This document shows, one piece after another, positions 35,146 to 40,179 of a stretch of 40,179 nt of DNA. Source of the stretch: a virus (lineage: Duplodnaviria; Caudoviricetes); the IMG/VR virus record IMGVR_UViG_3300032239_000537, positions 1-40,179 of that record. One strand, given 5' to 3'. A program made the position numbers and the translations under genes. Within the stretch, counting starts at the first letter, position 1. Each line of letters begins with the position of its first letter. The notes beneath the pieces were generated by a model. It had not been told where the DNA came from. It made no database searches and worked only from the letters and a program-made list of their open reading frames with translations.

Positions 35146-35319
35146 ATGGAAAAAGTAATCGGGTCGTTTTTTATTTTCTTGCTCGTCGCTGTTTTCTACG
35201 CGGTGGTGAAGATGCCTGACCACTCGATGGTCACGCCGAAACCGTCACCGCGCGTCCCGCCTCGCCCGCACGCGGGCGACTCTGACGGCCCTGATGTCCC
35301 ATCAATGGCGAAGAAGTGA
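35146..35319 (+). CDS. Small single-TM protein with Pro-rich tail (57 aa)
   Basis: ATG 35146; hydrophobic N-terminus. Confidence 0.55.
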   Translation: MEKVIGSFFIFLLVAVFYAVVKMPDHSMVTPKPSPRVPPRPHAGDSDGPDVPSMAKK

Positions 35320-35320
35320 C

Positions 35321-35497
35321 ATGGCATCTCATTCAGAACATGTAGCAGACGTTGCCACCGGCGTGTCTTGGGGAGGTCTCGCGTTCTCTCACCTTGCTCA
35401 GGTTGATGAGATCGTGCGGTTCTTTTCTCTCGTGATCTCTTGCGTGTCTGGGTTGATAGCCATCGCCTACTACTGGAACCGGCTGAGGAGACTCTGA
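35321..35497 (+). CDS. Small two-TM holin-like protein (58 aa)
   Basis: Two hydrophobic segments and a basic C-terminus, YYWNRLRRL. Confidence 0.55.
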   Translation: MASHSEHVADVATGVSWGGLAFSHLAQVDEIVRFFSLVISCVSGLIAIAYYWNRLRRL

Positions 35498-37686
35498 TGC
35501 CTTGGGGAGACGGCGGACCTGCTGACATGCACTTCAACTACTCGGCATACACGCCCGAGCAGTGGAAGTACATCAACTGGATGGGCAACGGCGGGCCAAA
35601 CGGCGGCTTCGACCCCAACGGCAACGAGTATCCTGACACGAGTTTCATGGCTCGGCTTGTCAGTACCGGGCTCGGCGTTGGGCTATCAATGGTGACTGGC
35701 GGAATGCTAGGCCCCGCGCTTGCAGGGCTCGGCTCTGTAGGCTCGGGAATCGTAAGCGGCGCTGTCGGGGGAGGCATCAATGGCCTTGTCCAGAATGGGG
35801 ACTTCGGTTCGGGCGCGGCTAGTGGCGCGATTGGCGGCCTTACTGGCGGACTCACCAAGGGACTCGGAATCAATAGCGCCGTATCCAACGCCGTCGGCGG
35901 CGGAGAACTTGGAAAGATTCTCGGCAACGCCGCAACCGGAGCCATCGGCGGAGGAATCAAGTCAGCCTTAACCGGCGGCGACATCGGCAACGCGATGTTG
36001 GGCGGCGGGCTTGGGGGCGGTCTCTCCACGGCGTTTAGCGACGCCACCAACAGCATGGGCCTCGGTAAAGACATCGGATCCGCAATCGGCTCTGTAGCCA
36101 CCGGGTCGGCGATGCAGGCTCTCGGATCGAACTTCAACTCAGGCGGGCCAAGCGCCATTAAACCAATCGCAAGGAACACGACAATGGCAAACTCTCCGCT
36201 CAGCAGCCCGTACCAAATCGGCGCTCAGTCACCCGGCCAAGGATTTAATGCTCAGGGCTACACCGCCCCGACGCTGCCGAGCCCGTACGCGGGCGTGTCG
36301 AACAACGCGCAGAACGGGATGGCGGACCCCAACGCCGCGCCGTCATCGAGCGGATCGTCGTGGCTTGATAGCGTGCTTGGACCCGCCGCCAATCTGTACG
36401 GAGCGTATACCGGGTACCGTGACGCGAAAAATCCACTTTACACATCATCTTCGACTACGACGCTGCCAAGTTGGATTCAAAACCAGTACAACACTGCTCT
36501 TAACGGCGTGAATCAAAACCCCTATCAGCCGTACAACTCTCCGATGGTCGCGGGCTTTAATAACGACCAGAACAACGCGTTCAACATGGTACGCAATAAT
36601 GTCGGCGCTTATGGCACCGAGCAGGGCAATGTGGTGAACAACGCCAACGCTCTCTCTGGCGGCGTAAGCGCGGGCGACGTTAGCAACTGGATGAACCCGT
36701 ATCAGAAGAGCGTCATCGACGCGACGATGGGCCAACTTGATCACGCCCACCAGATGGCGCTCGAAGGCGTGAATGACTCTGCCGAGAAGGCGGGCGCGTT
36801 CGGCGGAGATCGTCAGGCAGTCGAGAAGGGCGTCGCCGACTCAGGCTACCTGCGCGACGTGGCTTCTACGATGGCGGGTCTCAACAGCCAGAACTACGCG
36901 CAGGCCCTCGCGCAGGCAAACAACAACTTCTCCAACAAAATTACCGGCAACACCGCGTTGCAGGGAGCGATCAACAACGCGCGCGCTAACGCTCAGACCG
37001 ATGCAAACAACTTGCTTACGAGCGGCAACATTCAGCAGTCAAACGCGCAATCTGCGCTCACTGCAAACTACAACGAGTTCTTGCGTCAGCAGCAGGCCGC
37101 GCAGACGCACATTCAGAACTTGTTGCAGTCGATGGGAATGCTGCCGCGTAACATCAACACGAACAACGCGTACGGCCCGCAGCAGGATCCTATACAGGGC
37201 GCAATCAACGGGATTACTCAGTCTCGCGGCGCTCAGGGCGCGGCAACTAACCCGGGCGTGCAGGGCGCTGCCAACGCGATACTCAGTGCGGGAGGCAACT
37301 TCCTGAAGAACGTGTTTGGCGGAGGTTCGGCTTACTCGAACGCTAGCCCGCTGAACTTTGCCAACGGCACGTACGGCCTGCCGTCTACCGGCTCATCGTC
37401 TGGCACTTCCATAGACAGCAACCCGTTCACGCAGAGCCCGGTAACTCAGCCGTGGAGCACGCAGAACGGATTCAGCCTGCCGGGCTTTGACCCTACGTTC
37501 AGTAACTACAGCCCGCCAAACACGCCGGTAGACACGAGCGCCTATTACCCGGGCGTCAGCGCGTACAACCCGGCGTATGACGCTAGCGCATCTAGCGCCT
37601 ATTACCCGGGCGTCAGCGCGTACAGCCCTGCGTATGACGCTAACACTTACTCAGGCTTTGATCCTAATTCTTGGATGGGGATCTAA
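35497..37686 (+). CDS. Putative DNA ejection/pilot protein (729 aa)
   Basis: TGATG coupling with GAGGAG RBS; glycine-zipper N-terminus; Asn/Gln-rich core with MNPYQKSVID and AGAFGGDRQAV. Confidence 0.78.
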   Translation: MPWGDGGPADMHFNYSAYTPEQWKYINWMGNGGPNGGFDPNGNEYPDTSFMARLVSTGLGVGLSMVTGGMLGPALAGLGSVGSGIVSGAVGGGINGLVQNGDFGSGAASGAIGGLTGGLTKGLGINSAVSNAVGGGELGKILGNAATGAIGGGIKSALTGGDIGNAMLGGGLGGGLSTAFSDATNSMGLGKDIGSAIGSVATGSAMQALGSNFNSGGPSAIKPIARNTTMANSPLSSPYQIGAQSPGQGFNAQGYTAPTLPSPYAGVSNNAQNGMADPNAAPSSSGSSWLDSVLGPAANLYGAYTGYRDAKNPLYTSSSTTTLPSWIQNQYNTALNGVNQNPYQPYNSPMVAGFNNDQNNAFNMVRNNVGAYGTEQGNVVNNANALSGGVSAGDVSNWMNPYQKSVIDATMGQLDHAHQMALEGVNDSAEKAGAFGGDRQAVEKGVADSGYLRDVASTMAGLNSQNYAQALAQANNNFSNKITGNTALQGAINNARANAQTDANNLLTSGNIQQSNAQSALTANYNEFLRQQQAAQTHIQNLLQSMGMLPRNINTNNAYGPQQDPIQGAINGITQSRGAQGAATNPGVQGAANAILSAGGNFLKNVFGGGSAYSNASPLNFANGTYGLPSTGSSSGTSIDSNPFTQSPVTQPWSTQNGFSLPGFDPTFSNYSPPNTPVDTSAYYPGVSAYNPAYDASASSAYYPGVSAYSPAYDANTYSGFDPNSWMGI
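37537..37642 (+). repeat. 57-bp in-frame tandem duplication
   Basis: AGCGCCTATTACCCGGGCGTCAGCGCGTACA.CCC.GCGTATGACGCTA at 37537 and 37594. Confidence 0.92.
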
Positions 37687-37688
37687 CG

Positions 37689-39098
37689 ATGGACCTGCTT
37701 CAAACGATGATGAACATTCCTCGCTCCGCGGGAGACCTGCTTGCGTCTCTCGCCGGGCAAGATCAGCAAGGCCCGCAGCCTACGCCGGGTAACCCCGCGG
37801 AGCAGATCCCGGGCGCTGATCAGGCGTGGGCGCGGCAGAAATATCAGCAGCAGTACCTTGCCGAGATGGATGAAGCCACGCGTCAGGGCCGCTCGTGGAT
37901 GGCAGCGCCTAACATCGCCCGCGCTTCCGCTGACAACACTTACGCTTCTGCCCTGCAGAACTCCGCGCAGATTGTCGACGTGGCGCGTCAGGCGCGCGAG
38001 GCGGCTCAGGCGCGCGCCAACTACCCGCAGTTGCTTGAGCAGAGCGCGAAGGAACTCGGCCTGTCGCCCGCCCAGTACGCGACGCTCAAGGTGCTGCCGC
38101 CTGATCAGGGCATTCAGGAACTGAAAGACATCGCCAAACTGAAGTACCAGAACCGGCAGGACATCTTTTCGGCCACGCCTATCGGCGAGGGTCAGGTGCT
38201 TATCACGAATAAGCAAGACGGCACGTATCAGATTGTCAGCGGAGGCGGGCAGACAACGAAGGTAACTCCTCACGTGCTGCCAGACTCAACCATCGCGATG
38301 ATCGACAAGAACGGCAATGTGGTGTCGCACGTTGATCCAAACGGCAAGGCAGTCACCACGTCTGGCGCTAAGCCTACGGCGGGCGTCGGGGCGATGACTC
38401 AGCCTGCCGCTGACTTGCTGTCTTCCCAGTTGCACTCAGGCGACGTGAACGGCTTGTTCTCTACGACGGACGCTCAGGGCAACACGGTTGACCTGCTTGC
38501 TCCACCGGCAGAATTCAAGGCAGTCCCGGCGCGCACGTTGGCTACGCTGAAAAACGCTTTCGCTAACGAGCCGGTTATCAAGGATCTTAAGGTCAGGGCC
38601 AACGAACACGCCAACATCGTGGCAAACATCAACTCCCCAGACTCGGGCCCTATGGACCGGGCGCAAAAGGACCTTTCGCTTGCGTACATGTTCTTGCACA
38701 TGCTCAACCCCGGGGTGAGCGTGAAGGAAGGCGAGGTTGACATGCTCAAGCAAGCAAACCCTGCCTTCGCTCGGTTGGGTATCAACATCACTAAGTTGAT
38801 CAACGGCCAGTCGCTTACGCCAGAGCAGAGACAGTCGATCCTTCGCGAGTCTGGAGTGATGGCGCACGGAACGATCAAACTTGCTCGCAACCTGATCGGG
38901 CAGACCGCGGCTCAGGCGCGCTCGATGGGCATCCACCCGGGACAGATCGTCAGCGACCCGACGGCGGGCATGGACTTCGGCGACGAGACCGGCGGCTTGC
39001 GCTCTCCATCATCTGGCGATCATCACGGACCAGATGATCGCGCGGCGGCCGCCGCCGCGCTTGCCACACGCGGGATCAAAGTACAGGGTCAACAGTAA
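37689..39098 (+). CDS. Putative DNA ejection/internal virion protein (469 aa)
   Basis: Lies between two ejection-like genes; D.SL.YMF.HML.PG.SV.EGE...G..LTPEQR motif. Confidence 0.72.
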   Translation: MDLLQTMMNIPRSAGDLLASLAGQDQQGPQPTPGNPAEQIPGADQAWARQKYQQQYLAEMDEATRQGRSWMAAPNIARASADNTYASALQNSAQIVDVARQAREAAQARANYPQLLEQSAKELGLSPAQYATLKVLPPDQGIQELKDIAKLKYQNRQDIFSATPIGEGQVLITNKQDGTYQIVSGGGQTTKVTPHVLPDSTIAMIDKNGNVVSHVDPNGKAVTTSGAKPTAGVGAMTQPAADLLSSQLHSGDVNGLFSTTDAQGNTVDLLAPPAEFKAVPARTLATLKNAFANEPVIKDLKVRANEHANIVANINSPDSGPMDRAQKDLSLAYMFLHMLNPGVSVKEGEVDMLKQANPAFARLGINITKLINGQSLTPEQRQSILRESGVMAHGTIKLARNLIGQTAAQARSMGIHPGQIVSDPTAGMDFGDETGGLRSPSSGDHHGPDDRAAAAAALATRGIKVQGQQ

Positions 39099-40179
39099 TG
39101 CCAATAGCAAAAGAAGTCCTCGACAGCCTGTCCAACTCTGACCTCAAGGCCTACGCCGAGGGACGAGACTCTGAGATCAGTAACGAGGGCCTCACGGCTC
39201 TCAGTTACAACATCCCGGTGGACCACTCGCTTGCTGCCAAGGCCGCGGGGGCGCAGGCCGCGCTGATGCAGGGCATGTCGCTTAACTTCGGCGACGAGAT
39301 GAACGGCGGCATGCACGCGATAGGATTGAAGTTGACGGGCGACCCGCGCAGCCTGTCGGACCTCTACCGCGAGGGGCGCAATCGCTATAACTACGACCTT
39401 CAGCAATTCAGAAACGCTCACCCGGTCCTGTCCGCGGGCGCTACTACCGTCGGCGGGTTGATCCCTGCCGCCATGACTATGGGGGCGTCAGCGCCCGCCA
39501 CCGCCGCGCCCGCCGTCACGCAAAGCATCCCGCGGATGATTGGTACCGGGGCGACGGTCGGGGCGGGCTACGGGGCCGTGGCAGGCGCGGGTGACGCAGA
39601 CGGCTCGCTCGGAGACCGGCTGAAAGGCGCGGGTAACGGGGCGATAATTGGCGGCATGTTCGGCGGGGCGATACCGCCCGCGCTGCTCGCCGGTTCGGCG
39701 GGCGCTAGCGCCTTCGCCCGCACGGGTGCGGGGCAGGCCCTGTGGCGCTCTGTAGGCCGCGTGCTGCCCGGCAATGCCATGATGGCGGGTCAGGGCGCTG
39801 AGGCCGCCGTAGGGGCTCCTGCGCCGTTCAGCGCGCAGGGTTGGGGCGGCGGCCGCGTGCTCAACGCGCTTGATGCTGATGGCACCTCGCCCGAGGCCCT
39901 GCTTAGCACGCTGAGGGGGTCGCAGGCGGCCAACGCGGGCCAACTCTCGATGGTCGACCTGCCTGCACTCACCGGCCAGTCAACCGGCGACGCGACGCGC
40001 CGACTGGGCCGGGCGATGTACACGGTCGGCGGGCGGCCCGCGTCGGAGATCTCGACGGCTCTGGAGAACCGGGCGCAGGGCCAGACTGACCGGATCGTCG
40101 GCGACTTGAACGGCGCGATGGGCGTGCCTCACGGCTCGACGGCGGTGGGCACGGCGGCCGAGTTGCGCTCTGCCCGTCA
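39098..40179 (+). CDS. N-terminal part of the ~719-aa putative ejection protein (continues at nt 3-1097)
   Basis: ATG 39098 (TAATG overlap), MPIAKEVLDSL...QGMSLNFGDE..., Gly/Ala-rich hydrophobic segment, open to the window end. Confidence 0.82.
   Translation, partial: MPIAKEVLDSLSNSDLKAYAEGRDSEISNEGLTALSYNIPVDHSLAAKAAGAQAALMQGMSLNFGDEMNGGMHAIGLKLTGDPRSLSDLYREGRNRYNYDLQQFRNAHPVLSAGATTVGGLIPAAMTMGASAPATAAPAVTQSIPRMIGTGATVGAGYGAVAGAGDADGSLGDRLKGAGNGAIIGGMFGGAIPPALLAGSAGASAFARTGAGQALWRSVGRVLPGNAMMAGQGAEAAVGAPAPFSAQGWGGGRVLNALDADGTSPEALLSTLRGSQAANAGQLSMVDLPALTGQSTGDATRRLGRAMYTVGGRPASEISTALENRAQGQTDRIVGDLNGAMGVPHGSTAVGTAAELRSAR
40161..40179 (+). repeat. 19-nt terminal direct repeat identical to nt 1-19 (circularisation overlap)
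   Basis: AGTTGCGCTCTGCCCGTCA occurs at both ends, and the reading frame continues across the junction. Confidence 0.97.

Larger units (their letters stand above)
1..40179. mobile_element. Complete temperate podovirus-like phage genome (circular assembly)
   Basis: Contains integrase plus attP, repressor, terminases, portal, capsid, tail and lysis genes. The ends overlap by 19 nt, there are no host genes and no tape measure gene. Confidence 0.93.

Overview
This window appears to be a complete, circularly assembled ~40.16 kb GC-rich temperate tailed phage genome: nt 1-19 repeat exactly at 40161-40179, and one ORF reads across the junction. It is podovirus-like, with a P22-type portal, a DUF5309-type capsid, adaptor, nozzle, three ejection proteins and no tape measure. 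Layout: leftward early cassettes (1094-4683); attP built on the 3' half of tRNA-Lys(CTT) beside a tyrosine integrase; a leftward nuclease/SSB-like operon; a lambdoid-like PL-repressor-PR region with no cro gene; SF2 helicase and nuclease genes; terminases; head; tail with an embedded lysis cassette; ejection proteins. Most notable: (1) a 14-bp palindrome AGTAG-N4-CTACT at about 18 mostly regulatory positions across early, replication, head and lysis modules; (2) no recognisable initiator, primase or polymerase, but a structured ~270-nt leader with a G6-T-G7 tract where cro would be, a candidate RNA-primed origin; (3) a dif-like XerCD site next to an IHF site and inverted 9-bp arrays between terS and terL; (4) a 939-aa multi-domain protein after the portal with possible ART-like, SAM-lyase-like and HhH-glycosylase-like modules. 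All family calls come from motif recognition by eye; no searches were run.
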